Below are positions 1 to 15,321 of a stretch of 28,533 nt of DNA, piece after piece. Position numbers and translations under genes: made by a program. The DNA is from a virus. Taxonomy: Duplodnaviria > Heunggongvirae > Uroviricota > Caudoviricetes. Each line of letters starts with the position of its first letter. Position 1 is the first letter of the stretch. The DNA lies in the IMG/VR virus record IMGVR_UViG_2565956714_000005. The stretch is one strand, 5' to 3'. The notes under the pieces were generated by a model. That model saw only the letters and a list, made by a program, of their open reading frames with translations, was not told where the DNA came from and searched no databases.

Positions 1-159
1 AATGCGGCTGTTTTCTGCCGCAACCGCTGCGGTGATCTGCGCGTTCACGTCCGGCTGCGCCGCGCTGGCGTTTTCGCCCTCCGTCGCTGGCACCACGTCA
101 GTAACGTCAGCCTGCGAAGCAGTGGCTGAAACAGTTGTTGATTGAGTCTCTTTGGTCAT
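1..159 (-). CDS. Nu3: Capsid scaffolding protein Nu3, N-terminal part; in-frame internal start within C
   Basis: ATG at 159-157 preceded by GGAGGG; translation MTKETQSTTVSATASQADVTDVVPATEGENASAAQPDVNAQITAAVAAENSRI... in the same frame as C, as in lambda. Confidence 0.6.
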   Translation of the reverse strand, partial: MTKETQSTTVSATASQADVTDVVPATEGENASAAQPDVNAQITAAVAAENSRI

Positions 160-1063
160 TCGCCCTCCTGAGAGACGGGATTTACGTGCATCCAGTGCAT
201 CACGCATGACGGTGATCGCATCGGTGCTGTTAACAAGTTCATCAGCCAGTCCGGCATCAATGGCCTCCTGACCGCTGTACACTGCAGCCTCGGTATCCAG
301 CACAGCCTGCACGGACAGGCCGGTATATGCCGACACCTTCTGCGCAAACATCTGGCGGGTTGCGTCCATCCGGTACTGCAGTGTCTCCCGGACGTCATCC
401 GGAAGATGGCTGTAGGGGTTGCCATCCACCTTATGGCTGCCGCTGTAAATCAGCGTGATTTCCACACCCTGTTTCTCCAGCGCAGCACCGTAATTACTGT
501 GAGCCATCATGACGCCGATGGAGCCTGTCCGGGCGGTCTGCGTGACCAGACGCCGGGAGGCGGCACTGGCAAGCAACTGACCTGCACTGCAGTTCATGTC
601 GTTGGCAAGCGCCCATACCGGTTTTATGTCACGCACACGGGCGATGATGTCAGCGCAGTCAAATGCCCCCGCCACCATCCCGCCGGGCGTGTCCATATCG
701 AGCAGAATGCCGTCCACCATCGGATCGCTGGCAGCCTGTTGCAGACGGGCGATAATGCCGTTGTAACCGGTCATCCCCGAGTACGGCTGCAGCGCCCGCG
801 TCCGGCTGACCAGCGTGCCGGACACCGGCAGCACGGCGATGCCGTTCATGACCTGATAACTGCGGGCCTGTCGTGGTCCGTCATCATCACCGGATAATGC
901 CAGCGTCGCGAGTGCCTCCTGGGCAGTCAGGCTGTCGCCGGACACCGCATCCGTCAGGCGGCTGATCCCAAGCTGGCCTGCAAGCGCACAAAAGAAAACC
1001 CGCGCATAGGCGGGTTCAAGCATCAGCGGCTCATTAAAGGCCATGCTGGCAATATGCGGGAGA

Positions 1064-1083
<20 letters not shown>
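1..1083 (-). CDS. C: Lambda-type head protein C (minor capsid protein / prohead protease), first 361 codons only; gene runs off the window start
   Basis: GTG at 1083-1081 lies 19 nt inside the 3' end of B, as in lambda. The minus-strand frame is open to position 1 and translates to ...AFDCADIIARVRDIKPVWALANDMNCSAGQLLASAASRRLVTQTARTGSIGVMMAHSNYGAALEKQGVEITLIYSGSHKVDGNPY..., recognised as lambda gpC. Absent from the ORF track because it is partial. Confidence 0.85.
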
Positions 1084-4764
<3,681 letters not shown>

Positions 4765-4790
<26 letters not shown>

Positions 4791-5310
4791 TCAGCAACCC
4801 CGGTATCAGTTCATCCAGCGCGGCTGCTTTGTTCATGGCTTTGATGATATCCCGTTTCAGGAAATCAACATGTCGGTTTTCCAGTTCCGGAAAACGCCGC
4901 TGCACCGACAGGGGGATCCCGTCGAGAATACTGGCAATTTCACCTGCGATCCGCGACAGCACGAAAGTACAGAATGCGGTTTCCACCACTTCAGCGGAGT
5001 CTCTGGCATTTTTCAGCTCCTGTGCGTCGGCCTGCGCACGCGTAAGTCGATGGCGTTCGTACTCAATATTCCCTGGCTGGAGATCTGTCTCGCTGGCCTG
5101 CCGCAGTTCTTCAACTTCCCGGCGCAGCTTTTCGTTCTCAATTTCAGCATCCCTTTCGGCATACCATCTTATAACGGCGGCAGAGTCATAAAGCACCTCA
5201 TTACCCTTGCCACCGCCTCGCAGAACGGGCATTCCCTGTTCCTGCCAGTTCTGAATGGTACGGATACTCGCACCGAAAATGTCAGCCAGCTGCTTTTTGT
5301 TGACTTCCAT
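4765..5310 (-). CDS. Nu1: Terminase small subunit (lambda Nu1), 181 aa
   Basis: ORF track 181 aa MEVNKKQLADIFGASIRTIQNWQEQGMPVLRGGGKGNEVLYDSAAV...; full length, whereas the K-12 Qin homologue nohA sits beside a deleted head region. Confidence 0.95.
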
Positions 5311-5560
5311 TGTTCATTCCACGGACAAAAACAGAGAAAGGAAACGACAGAGGCCAAAAAGCCCGTTTTCAGCACCTGTCGTTTCCTTTCTTTTCAGGGG
5401 GTGTTTTAAATAAAAACATTAGGTTACGGCGAAGAAGAACGGAAACGCCTTAAACCGGAAAATTGTCATAAATAGCGAAAACCCGCGAGGTCGCCGCCCC
5501 GTAACCTGTCGGATCACCGGAAAGGACCCGTAAAGTGATAATGATTATCATCTACATATC
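5311..5560. promoter_or_regulatory. cos: cos packaging site: cosB between Nu1 and cosN; cosN 12-nt cohesive-end sequence AGGTCGCCGCCC at about 5488-5499; cosQ side to the right
   Basis: Sequence ...cgaaaacccgcgAGGTCGCCGCCCcgtaacctgtcggatcaccggaaaggacccgtaaagtgataatgattatc... is the reverse complement of the joined lambda right and left ends as I recall them; about 190 nt from the Nu1 start as in lambda. Confidence 0.8.
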
Positions 5561-5698
5561 ACAACGTGCGTGGAGGCCATCAAACCACGTCAAATAATCA
5601 ATTATGACGCAGGTATCGTATTAATTGATCTGCATCAACTTAACGTAAAAACAACTTCAGACAATACAAATCAGCGACACTGAATACGGGGCAACCTC

Positions 5699-5893
5699 AT
5701 GTCAACGAAGAACAGAACCCGCAGAACAACAACCCGCAACATCCGCTTTCCTAACCAAATGATTGAACAAATTAACATCGCTCTTGAGCAAAAAGGGTCC
5801 GGGAATTTCTCAGCCTGGGTCATTGAAGCCTGCCGTCGGAGACTAACGTCAGAAAAGAGAGCATATACATCAATCCAGAGTGATGATGGATGA
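5699..5893 (+). CDS. Small hypothetical protein, 64 aa, with a possible ribbon-helix-helix signature
   Basis: ATG ORF MSTKNRTRRTTTRNIRFPNQMIEQINIALEQKGSGNFSAWVIEACRRRL...; basic N-terminus then G-S-G-N-F-S-x-x-V-I-E motif typical of RHH proteins; weak Shine-Dalgarno; corresponds to the strand opposite the lambda late genes. Confidence 0.3.
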   Translation: MSTKNRTRRTTTRNIRFPNQMIEQINIALEQKGSGNFSAWVIEACRRRLTSEKRAYTSIQSDDG

Positions 5894-6143
5894 ACATCCC
5901 GGTTTCTTTACCTTCCCTCCCTCCCCGCACAGAACTGGCGAGCGTGAGGGACCAATATGTGAGCCATAAATGCCTTATCTTCAGAAATGCAGTTGGTATC
6001 CGAATAGAACGATATTGTAAATTCACCTAAATACGAGGCATTGCTGTAGTTGAATTGCAGTACTGTATTAGCCTGACAGTGACAGAATACGATATTGACT
6101 CTGTCACTTGTGAAATGGTCAGAATGGTTAGCAGTTATGGTGA

Positions 6144-6350
6144 TCAGTCAACCAACAGGGAATAATCCTTCGTATTCTTATCGTGCTTTACTAACGCGGC
6201 CTCAATTGCCCTGAATGCTTCCAGAGATACTTGATGTTCTATACATGCAATTACAACATCCGGGTAACCCATCGAAATGGTGCTATTAAGCATAGTTTTT
6301 ACACGAACCTGCTCCTGGGAGGGGGTATCAATGTATTGATCTTTATGCAT
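6144..6350 (-). CDS. Small hypothetical phage protein, 68 aa
   Basis: [74 protein letters not shown]; by position equivalent to the small unnamed ORF near the right end of lambda; IS2 sits 61 bp upstream of its start. Confidence 0.4.
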   Translation of the reverse strand: MHKDQYIDTPSQEQVRVKTMLNSTISMGYPDVVIACIEHQVSLEAFRAIEAALVKHDKNTKDYSLLVD

Positions 6351-6501
6351 TTTGTCGCTCCATTCGTTTGCTCTTCACTTGCGGCTAAAAATATAACGTC
6401 AAATCACTCAGTAGACTGCCCCCTGAATCTCCAGACAACCAATATCACTTAAATAAGTGATAGTCTTAATACTAGTTTTTAGACTAGTCATTGGAGAGCA
6501 G

Positions 6502-6867
6502 ATGATTGATGTCTTAGGACCGGAGAAACGCAGACGGCGTACTACACAGGAAAAGATCGCTATTGTTCAGCAGAGTTTTGAACCGGGAATGACAGTCTCC
6601 CTTGTTGCCCGGCAACACGGTGTGGCAGCCAGCCAGTTATTTCTCTGGCGCAAGCAATACCAGGAGGGAAGTCTTACTGCTGTGGCCGCAGGAGAACAGG
6701 TCGTTCCTGCCTCTGAACTTGCTGCCGCCATGAAGCAGATTAAAGAACTCCAGCGCCTGCTCGGCAAAAAAACGATGGAAAATGAACTCCTTAAAGAAGC
6801 CGTTGAATACGGGCGTGCAAAAAAGTGGATAGCGCACGCGCCCTTATTGCCCGGGGATGGGGAGTAA
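6502..6867 (+). CDS. insC: IS2 transposase OrfA (InsC)
   Basis: [56 protein letters not shown]...; the ORF track's upstream extension to 6457 uses a non-ATG start. Confidence 0.9.
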
Positions 6868-7730
6868 GCTTAGTCAGCCGTTGTCTCCGGGTGTCGCGTG
6901 CGCAGTTGCACGTAATTCTCAGACGAACCGATGACTGGAAAGATGGTCGCCGCAGCCGTCACTCAGATGATACGGATGTGCTTCTCCGTATACACCATGT
7001 TATCGGAGAGCTGCCCACGTATGGTTATCGTCGGGTATGGGCGCTGCTTCGCAGACAGGCCGAACTTGATGGTATGCCTGCGATCAATGCCAAACGTGTT
7101 TACCGGATCATGCGCCAGAATGCGCTGTTGCTTGAGCGAAAAACCGCTGTACCGCCATCGAAACGGGCACATACTGGCAAAGTGGCCGTGAAAGAAAGCA
7201 ATCAACGATGGTGCTCTGACGGGTTCGAGTTCCGCTGTGATAACGGAGAAAAACTGCGAGTCACGTTCGCGCTGGACTGCTGTGACCGTGAGGCACTGCA
7301 CTGGGCAGTCACTACGGGCGGCTTCGACAGTGAAACAGTACAGGACGTCATGCTGGGAGCGGTGGAACGCCGCTTCGGCAACGAGCTTCCGGCGTCTCCA
7401 GTAGAGTGGCTGACGGATAATGGTTCATGCTACCGGGCTAATGAAACGCGGCAGTTTGCCCGGATGTTGGGGCTTGAACCGAAGAACACGGCGGTGCGGA
7501 GTCCGGAGAGTAACGGCATAGCAGAGAGCTTCGTGAAAACGATAAAGCGTGACTACATCAGTATCATGCCTAAACCAGACGGGTTAACGGCAGCAAAGAA
7601 CCTTGCAGAGGCGTTCGAGCATTATAACGAATGGCATCCGCATAGTGCACTGGGTTATCGCTCGCCACGGGAATATCTGCGGCAGCAGGCCAGTAATGGA
7701 TTAAGTGATAACAGGTGTCTGGAAATATAG
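6825..7730 (+). CDS. insD: IS2 transposase OrfB (InsD), DDE integrase-type catalytic domain; expressed by -1 frameshift from insC
   Basis: ORF track 301 aa ...[41 protein letters not shown]...[11 protein letters not shown]...; GTG at 6825 overlaps the AAAAAAG slippery site. Confidence 0.9.
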
Positions 7731-7984
7731 GGGCAAATCCACTCAGCATGAAAGAGTGAAAGTTTCAGCGCGTTTCCCTTACATAATCTGTCGTTTGTAT
7801 TCTCTTCAGGCATACCGGAAAGACTAGGTATTGTCACACAACCAATACCATCGACAATCGAGATTTATATCTATTCGGTAATGTTTAAATATAACAAAAC
7901 CCCGTAAAAACGAGGTTTATGGGTAATTTGTATTGTTGAATAGCATCTGATGAGAAATTGATGCTAATACTATAAACATACTAG

Positions 7985-9179
<1,195 letters not shown>

Positions 9180-9353
9180 CTAGATTAAATCAATCTTGAT
9201 ATCATAGTTTTCAAGACCAGTCATTTTTTCCCGTGCAGTAAACTGGATACTGGTAACTTCTTTCCCGGTCTTTTTCTTAAGCTCAATGATTTTTTTTGTT
9301 ATATATTCAGAAATATCTGCTTCTGTTTTTGTTTTTAACTCTTCAATGTTCAT
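9180..9353 (-). CDS. gnsB: GnsA/GnsB-family small protein, 57 aa
   Basis: MNIEELKTKTEADISEYITKKIIELKKKTGKEVTSIQFTAREKMTGLENYDIKIDLI; strong SD AAGAGGA upstream of this Met; family recognised from E. coli GnsA/GnsB. Its stop codon lies within the CTAG target repeat of IS5. Confidence 0.75.
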   Translation of the reverse strand: MNIEELKTKTEADISEYITKKIIELKKKTGKEVTSIQFTAREKMTGLENYDIKIDLI

Positions 9354-9525
9354 CATTTCCTCTTTTAGTCTGTTATGACTTTCCTGGTACACAGTAGTGT
9401 CAATTATATGGAGCAAACGTATAAAAGATAAGATGAAACATCGCAATAATCAACATACGACGGTCTAAATTTCACACAAACAGATAAAGATGATTATCAT
9501 TTATTATCAATGCATTAGAATCAAA

Positions 9526-9756
9526 TCAATTCAAGAGTCTCATTGCTGCTTCCAGAATTTCTTCTGAAGTTACATGTCGATCCGCTGCTACATAAATGAC
9601 TTTATGATCTCCGGTCAGAGATGGAAACCCTGCAGCCATTACAGTGAGGTGTGTTGTTTCGCCATTTGGGTATTCACGCATGATGGTGTTAACTCCGGTC
9701 ATCACTGGCACTACCATTGCTGGTTCAGAGTTAAAAAAAACTATTATTTTTTTCAT
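9526..9756 (-). CDS. Hypothetical small protein, 76 aa (position of ynfN in K-12 Qin)
   Basis: ATG ORF MKKIIVFFNSEPAMVVPVMTGVNTIMREYPNGETTHLTVMAAGFPSLTGDHKVIYVAADRHVTSEEILEAAMRLLN; weak RBS; no family recognised. Confidence 0.4.
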   Translation of the reverse strand: MKKIIVFFNSEPAMVVPVMTGVNTIMREYPNGETTHLTVMAAGFPSLTGDHKVIYVAADRHVTSEEILEAAMRLLN

Positions 9757-9798
9757 ATGTTACCGTAATATGTGAGTATTCATCGACTAGACACTAAG

Positions 9799-9821
9799 CA
9801 AAAAAGCTCCCGAAGGAGCCT
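9799..9821 (-). terminator. Rho-independent terminator downstream of cspI
   Basis: Minus strand reads GGCTCC-TTCG-GGAGC followed by TTTTTT. Confidence 0.6.
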
Positions 9822-10026
9822 TCATTTTCACTTTCTTAAATCTAACGACAGATGGCTAACATTTAAGTATTGTGAAATATTATCAAATGTAATCATCATT
9901 GATTTACAAAAGATACATTTTGCCCCGAAAGGATTCATGTCAGAAACATCAAAAGATGATGTTCTATACTGGGAACCATGACAACACGGGCATCTAAAGT
10001 GAATATGGTTTGTAATATTGTCTACC

Positions 10027-10239
10027 TCAAAGCGCCACTACATGAACAGCGGCAGGACCTTTAGGTCCGTTCTCAATACCAAATTCAACTTCCTGATTCT
10101 CAGTTAATGTTTTGAAATCGTTGCTCTGAATTGCTGAGAAATGGACAAACACATCTTTGCTGCCATCTTTCGGCGTGATGAAACCAAAACCTTTTTCAGG
10201 GTTAAACCATTTCACTAAACCAGTCATTTTGTTAGACAT
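10027..10239 (-). CDS. cspI: Cold-shock protein, CspA family, 70 aa
   Basis: [70 protein letters not shown]; RNP1/RNP2 motifs; long 5' leader upstream, typical of csp genes. Confidence 0.9.
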   Translation of the reverse strand: MSNKMTGLVKWFNPEKGFGFITPKDGSKDVFVHFSAIQSNDFKTLTENQEVEFGIENGPKGPAAVHVVAL

Positions 10240-10601
10240 AATTATTACCTTTTGAAGAAATTAGCCCTTGGGCAGAATGGTCCGAAAAAAAATATCAGAG
10301 AGAAAAACCAACAAGGAAATCTCAAGAGGTACAAATAATAAAATTATAACAATGACTGCTTCAGATAAATTTGTAACAAACCAGAACACCATTAACGCAT
10401 GATTAACCACCCATAGCAAGGATTACTTTTGTAAAGAAAAACACAGCAATGAAAGAATAGCTTTATTTATTAATAAAACGTGTCATTCTGATTAAGACCT
10501 TTTATCTTACCCTTAAGATTTCAGGAATTTTGGCTCATGGAAGAGTCCTTTTTATTTAAATTTTACATTCCGCGATGTAAATGTTCCGATTTAATATTAC
10601 C

Positions 10602-11625
<1,024 letters not shown>

Positions 11626-11629
<4 letters not shown>

Positions 11630-11937
11630 AGATATTTATGATGAGGACGCTCGTGCTTATTGGCAGGATTTTCAATCTTAAAGGAGTACTGATGCTGCAG
11701 ATAAGACTCAACTTTTTCTGACAATTTTTCTGCTACTTCCAGGAAGACTTGCCGGACGCTCCTTCTGGCTGCTGCCTCATAAAACTCCAGCGCAGCTCCT
11801 TCAACACGGTCCATGGCGACATCCAGGTCAAAAATTTCACCGTCAAAGCGTTCTTTGTCCTGTAAGGCTACAGTTACCGTAACTTTATTCTCAAAATTAC
11901 GGACTCCTTTCACAACCAGTTCATAGTCTTGAGTCAT
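11626..11937 (-). CDS. ydfR: YdfR-like protein (DUF1327), 103 aa, between holin and endolysin
   Basis: ORF track 103 aa MTQDYELVVKGVRNFENKVTVTVALQDKERFDGEIFDLDVAMDRVEGAALEFYEAAARRS...; length and position match K-12 Qin ydfR. Confidence 0.7.
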
Positions 11938-11941
11938 TGGA

Positions 11942-12019
11942 TTACTCTCCTCTCGCAGCCTTACGCCTGTCTTCTTTAATCTTGAAATAAAGATTTGTCA
12001 GATACGTCAGCAGGCCAAA
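11942..12019 (-). pseudogene. essQ: Holin (phage-21 S-type pinholin) C-terminal fragment, separated from its N-terminal part by IS3
   Basis: Minus-strand translation [25 protein letters not shown]-stop immediately left of the IS3 end; the first codon is the AAA/TTT target-site copy. Confidence 0.85.
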
Positions 12020-12049
12020 TGATCCTACCCACGTAATATGGACACAGGC

Positions 12050-12916
12050 CTAAGCGAGGTTCTTGTTTTCAAATTGTTCCGGACTGAGGCCGCCACACCA
12101 ACTGTGCCGCCGCCACCGATTGTAATCACATTCGATATAATTAAACACCGTTGCCCGCATTATTTCCCGGCTGATAAAGTGTTCTCCATGGATACATTCC
12201 ACTTTCAGCGAATGAAAGAAGCTTTCCACGCAGGCATTATCGTAGCAGCAACCTTTTGCGCTCATACTTCCACGCAGATTATGCCGCTTCAGTTGCGCCT
12301 GATAATCTGCTGAACAGTACTGGCCTCCACGGTCCGTGTGAACGATAACGTTCCGGGGCCTCTTACGCCGCCACAGCGCCATCTGCAGGGCATCGCAGGC
12401 CAGTTGCGCCGTCATGCGTGGCGACATTGACCAGCCAATAACGGCACGTGACCACAGGTCAATGACCACTGCCAGATACAGCCAGCCTTCATCTGTACGT
12501 AAGTACGTGATGTCTCCTGCCCACTTCTGGTTCGGGCCACTGGCGTAAAAATCCTGCTCCAACAGATTTTCTGACACAGGCAGGCCGTGTGCGCGGTAGC
12601 TGACCGGGCTGAACTTCCGGGAGGCCTTTGCCCTCAGTCCCTGACGGCGCAGGCTTGCCGCCACGGTTTTTACGTTAAAGGGGTAACCCTGAGCACGCAG
12701 TTCATCCGTCAGGCGTGGGGCACCGTAACGCTGTTTTGACCGGGTAAAAGCCGCGAGGACAACGCTGTCGCAGTGTTGGCGGAACTGCTGACGCGTGCTT
12801 ATCCTTGTCCGCCGCTGACACCACGTATACCAGCCGCTGCGGGCCACCCGGAGCACGCGGCACATTGCTTTGATGCTGAACTCAGCCTGATGTTTTTCAA
12901 TAAAGACATACTTCAT
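12050..12916 (-). CDS. insF: IS3 transposase OrfB (InsF), 288 aa, DDE domain
   Basis: ORF track [57 protein letters not shown]... recognised as IS3 InsF. Confidence 0.9.
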
Positions 12917-13212
12917 TTCAGGCGCTTCGCGAAGTATGTCGCGGCCTTTTGGAGGATAGCCAGCTCTTCATCCCGTTCTGCCAGCTGGCGTTTGAGACGT
13001 GCAATCTCGGTAGACATCTCCAGTTCACGTTCAGAAGACGTCTGCTGATTTTGCTGTTTACTGCGCCAGTTGTAGAGTTGTGATTCATACAGGCTGAGTT
13101 CACGGGCTGCGGCAGTAACACCGATGCGTTCAGCAAGCTTCAGGGCTTCACTGCGAAATTCAGGCGAATGCTGTTTACGGGGTTTTTTACTGGTTGATAC
13201 TGTTTTTGTCAT
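12913..13212 (-). CDS. insE: IS3 transposase OrfA (InsE), 99 aa
   Basis: [54 protein letters not shown]...; start taken at the Met of MTKTV. Confidence 0.85.
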
Positions 13213-13277
13213 GTGAGTCACCTCTGACTGAGAGTTTACTCACTTAGCCGCGTGTCCACTATTGCTGGGTAAGATCA

Positions 13278-13418
13278 AAAAACCAGGCTACCCAGCACAC
13301 CGATTGCAGCCCACTGTGACGGAGTTACTTTATCGAGTAACTGCAATGCCCAGAAACCAGCATTACCCGCCGATGTGCCATAGGCAACACCTGTTGTTAA
13401 CTTATCCATTGATTTCAT
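13278..13418 (-). pseudogene. essQ: Holin (phage-21 S-type pinholin) N-terminal fragment with dual-start motif MKSMDKL; reading frame runs into the IS3 end, where a TGA stop is supplied by the IS
   Basis: [47 protein letters not shown] then stop from IS3 terminal TCA; strong SD GGTGAGGA; joined with the C-terminal fragment gives a 71-aa holin. Confidence 0.85.
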
Positions 13419-13637
13419 ATCCTCACCCCGATGTACACGGATGGTGCAATATGTTTGAAAAGATCGGAGTCTACGGGGTAGTTTTGACAGCACACGTTGT
13501 TCTCAACGGCGCTAAAAAAACATACACATTAAAAATGTGGGTAATTATTTTGAAAGAAAGTCATATATAAAATAATAATACGAGAAATGTTTTCATATTT
13601 AGTGTACTGTATACGGCCATTTATACAGGAAAAGCCT

Positions 13638-13808
13638 ATGTCAGAACGTAAAAACTCAAAATCACGCCGTAATTATCTCGTTAAATGTTCCTGCCCAAAC
13701 TGCACCCAAGAGTCAGAACACAGTTTTTCAAGAGTACAAAAAGGTGCCCTTTTGATCTGCCCTCATTGCAACAAAGTATTCCAGACAAATCTTAAAGCTG
13801 TAGCCTGA
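13638..13808 (+). CDS. Small zinc-ribbon protein, 56 aa (C-x-C-x2-C ... C-x2-C)
   Basis: MSERKNSKSRRNYLVKCSCPNCTQESEHSFSRVQKGALLICPHCNKVFQTNLKAVA; SD AGGA 7 nt upstream of ATG; divergent from the holin. Confidence 0.5.
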   Translation: MSERKNSKSRRNYLVKCSCPNCTQESEHSFSRVQKGALLICPHCNKVFQTNLKAVA

Positions 13809-13864
13809 TTGATTTTATTAGTAACAAGTATTTTTTATATTTTAATAATATATTTAAAGCAGAT

Positions 13865-13890
13865 AATAAAAAACCCGCCTGAGCGGGTTT
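13865..13890 (-). terminator. Rho-independent terminator (strong on the minus strand, weaker on the plus strand)
   Basis: ACCCGC-CTGA-GCGGGT stem-loop; the minus strand has a run of 9 T immediately after it. Confidence 0.6.
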
Positions 13891-14171
13891 GAGATTGTGG
13901 TGCTTTTTGTGGGAGTCATCCACTTACGCACTTTGTTTTGCCATGCCAGCAGTTAGCTTCTGCTGTAAAACTATTCATGCAGCAAACCTGCACTTCACCA
14001 CAATGGTTAGCATACTTTTCCTGATTAAGATTTTGCCAAATATGCTAGCCATTGTTTCATGTATTGGACCTCCTTACTTTTTATTAAAGAGATCCAATAT
14101 TCACTACTCTGTCCGTATCTCTACTCAGGCATCAGCCTTCTTCGTTATCGTATACAGACGAGCGATGAATT

Positions 14172-14387
14172 TTAATCAGTAATGATGACATTTGCTGCTG
14201 CAGGACCTTTAGCACCACTCTCTATAGAGAAGGTAACCTTTTGACCTTCAAATAAGGTTCGATAATTATCATTCTGAATCGCAGAAAAATGCACAAACAC
14301 ATCTTTACTACCATCAACAGGAGAAATAAAGCCGAAACCTTTATCAGCGTTAAACCATTTTACTAAACCAGTCATTTTATTTGACAT
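14172..14387 (-). CDS. cspB: Cold-shock protein, CspA family, 71 aa
   Basis: [71 protein letters not shown]. Confidence 0.9.
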   Translation of the reverse strand: MSNKMTGLVKWFNADKGFGFISPVDGSKDVFVHFSAIQNDNYRTLFEGQKVTFSIESGAKGPAAANVIITD

Positions 14388-14687
14388 TCTACATTCCTTA
14401 ACTTGAGCCTTTCGGCATAAATGGTTTGCATAACAGAAACGACTTCGTACTTAATTGGAGAGACTCAAAGAAGGAATAAGTGAATAACACCTGAAATGAG
14501 AACTGCTTTAGTAAACTACTTCGTATATCGTCTGTTCTTCAAACCGACGCAATCATTAACGCATAGTTGAACATATGAAGCAATGTTTATTTTAGACATC
14601 CAGCCATCTTCAACCCCATCAAAAAACTATAGCTTTCTTCAGGAACGTGTGTATAGTGCGCCAAGTTATCAGTATTAAGGAATTTTT

Positions 14688-14900
14688 TTGTCCCGTAAAA
14701 TGACAGGAATTGTCAAAACCTTTGACGGCAAAAGCGGCAAGGGTCTTATCACCCCATCCGATGGTCGTATCGATGTCCAGCTTCATGTTTCAGCGCTCAA
14801 TCTCCGCGATGCAGAAGAAATTACCACCGGATTACGCGTGGAATTTTGCCGGATAAATGGTCTGCGTGGCCCTTCAGCTGCCAATGTTTACCTTTCATGA
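14688..14900 (+). CDS. cspF: Cold-shock protein-like, CspA family (divergent member), 70 aa
   Basis: [70 protein letters not shown]; TTG start with AAGGA 7 nt upstream; divergent from cspB. Confidence 0.85.
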
Positions 14901-15194
14901 GCTATATTAAAGCTTTAATTTCAGGCCCCATCGGATCACACATGGAGAGTTTTTATGAATAACCCCGTCTGTCTTGATGACTGGTTGATTGGCTTTAAAA
15001 GCTTATGCTGTACTTTGGCCGTAATAGCTCTGCTAATAATATAATAAGCAGACTCATTGTGTTTAGGGACATTGTACTGGAAGAAAACATTTTAAACATC
15101 AGGCAAATAACCAAGTCACCAGCTAAATAATAAGTTAACAGACATGAGTCCCGGGATGAGATTCAACATTACCATTGCCCCATTTAAAGCACAA

Positions 15195-15225
15195 AACCCG
15201 CTCATCAGCGGGTTTTCTACTTTTT
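15195..15225. terminator. Bidirectional terminator-like hairpin: terminator for cspF on the plus strand and candidate tR' for the Q-dependent late promoter on the minus strand
   Basis: AACCCGCT-CATC-AGCGGGTT followed by TTCTACTTTTT on the plus strand and by TTGTGCTTT on the minus strand. Confidence 0.5.
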
Positions 15226-15261
15226 CTTAACGTCGGGTATACAAAGCCCATCGTTGAAAAA

Positions 15262-15290
15262 ATTTTATCCATATTTTTTGAAAAATGCAA
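15262..15290 (-). promoter_or_regulatory. Candidate late promoter pR' (minus strand): -35 TTGCAT, 17-bp spacer, -10 TAAAAT, just downstream of Q
   Basis: Minus-strand sequence TTGCAT-TTTTCAAAAAATATGGA-TAAAAT begins about 30 nt after the Q stop codon; position matches pR' of lambdoid phages. Confidence 0.4.
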
Positions 15291-15321
15291 ACATCATGTC
15301 GCCATCTTCAGCAAAAATCAT

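Larger units (their letters stand above)
6412..7741 (+). mobile_element. IS2: IS2 insertion sequence (IS3 family), 1330 bp, flanked by 5-bp direct repeat CTCAG (6407-6411 and 7742-7746)
   Basis: Left terminus TAGACTGCCCCCTGAATCTCCAGACAACC... and right terminus ...TGTCTGGAAATATAGGGGCAAATCCA match IS2 ends as recalled; carries insC/insD with an A6G slippery heptamer at 6819-6825. Confidence 0.92.
12020..13277 (-). mobile_element. IS3: IS3 insertion sequence, 1258 bp, flanked by 3-bp direct repeat AAA (12017-12019 and 13278-13280)
   Basis: Termini TGATCCTACCCACGTAATATGGACACAGG... and ...CCACTATTGCTGGGTAAGATCA are inverted repeats; carries insE/insF; exact IS3 length. Confidence 0.93.

Noticed and set aside
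406-897. Plus-strand 163-aa ORF (and minus-strand 156..425) inside the head-gene region
   Set aside because: Lies antisense to, or out of frame within, the recognisable lambda C/Nu3 coding sequence; no RBS; typical shadow ORFs of GC-rich coding DNA. The same applies to 1103..1381, 1212..1490, 1510..1785, 1903..2244, 2231..2671, 2257..2604, 2545..2898 and 2702..2965 relative to B and W.
7893-7920. Possible terminator-like hairpin in the 243-bp spacer between IS2 and IS5
   Set aside because: Stem is imperfect (5 of 6 pairs) and I could not anchor the coordinates against a neighbouring ORF; left uncalled.
14025-14060. 11-codon minus-strand ORF (MKQWLAYLAKS) preceded by a strong SD (TAAGGAGGT) downstream of cspB
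   Set aside because: Good translation signals but far too short to support as a gene from sequence alone; possibly a leader peptide or chance.
13889-14182. 97-aa plus-strand ORF between the zinc-ribbon gene and cspB
   Set aside because: TTG start, no RBS, overlaps a terminator hairpin and the cspB 3' region; Cys/Phe-rich low-complexity translation typical of AT-rich non-coding DNA.
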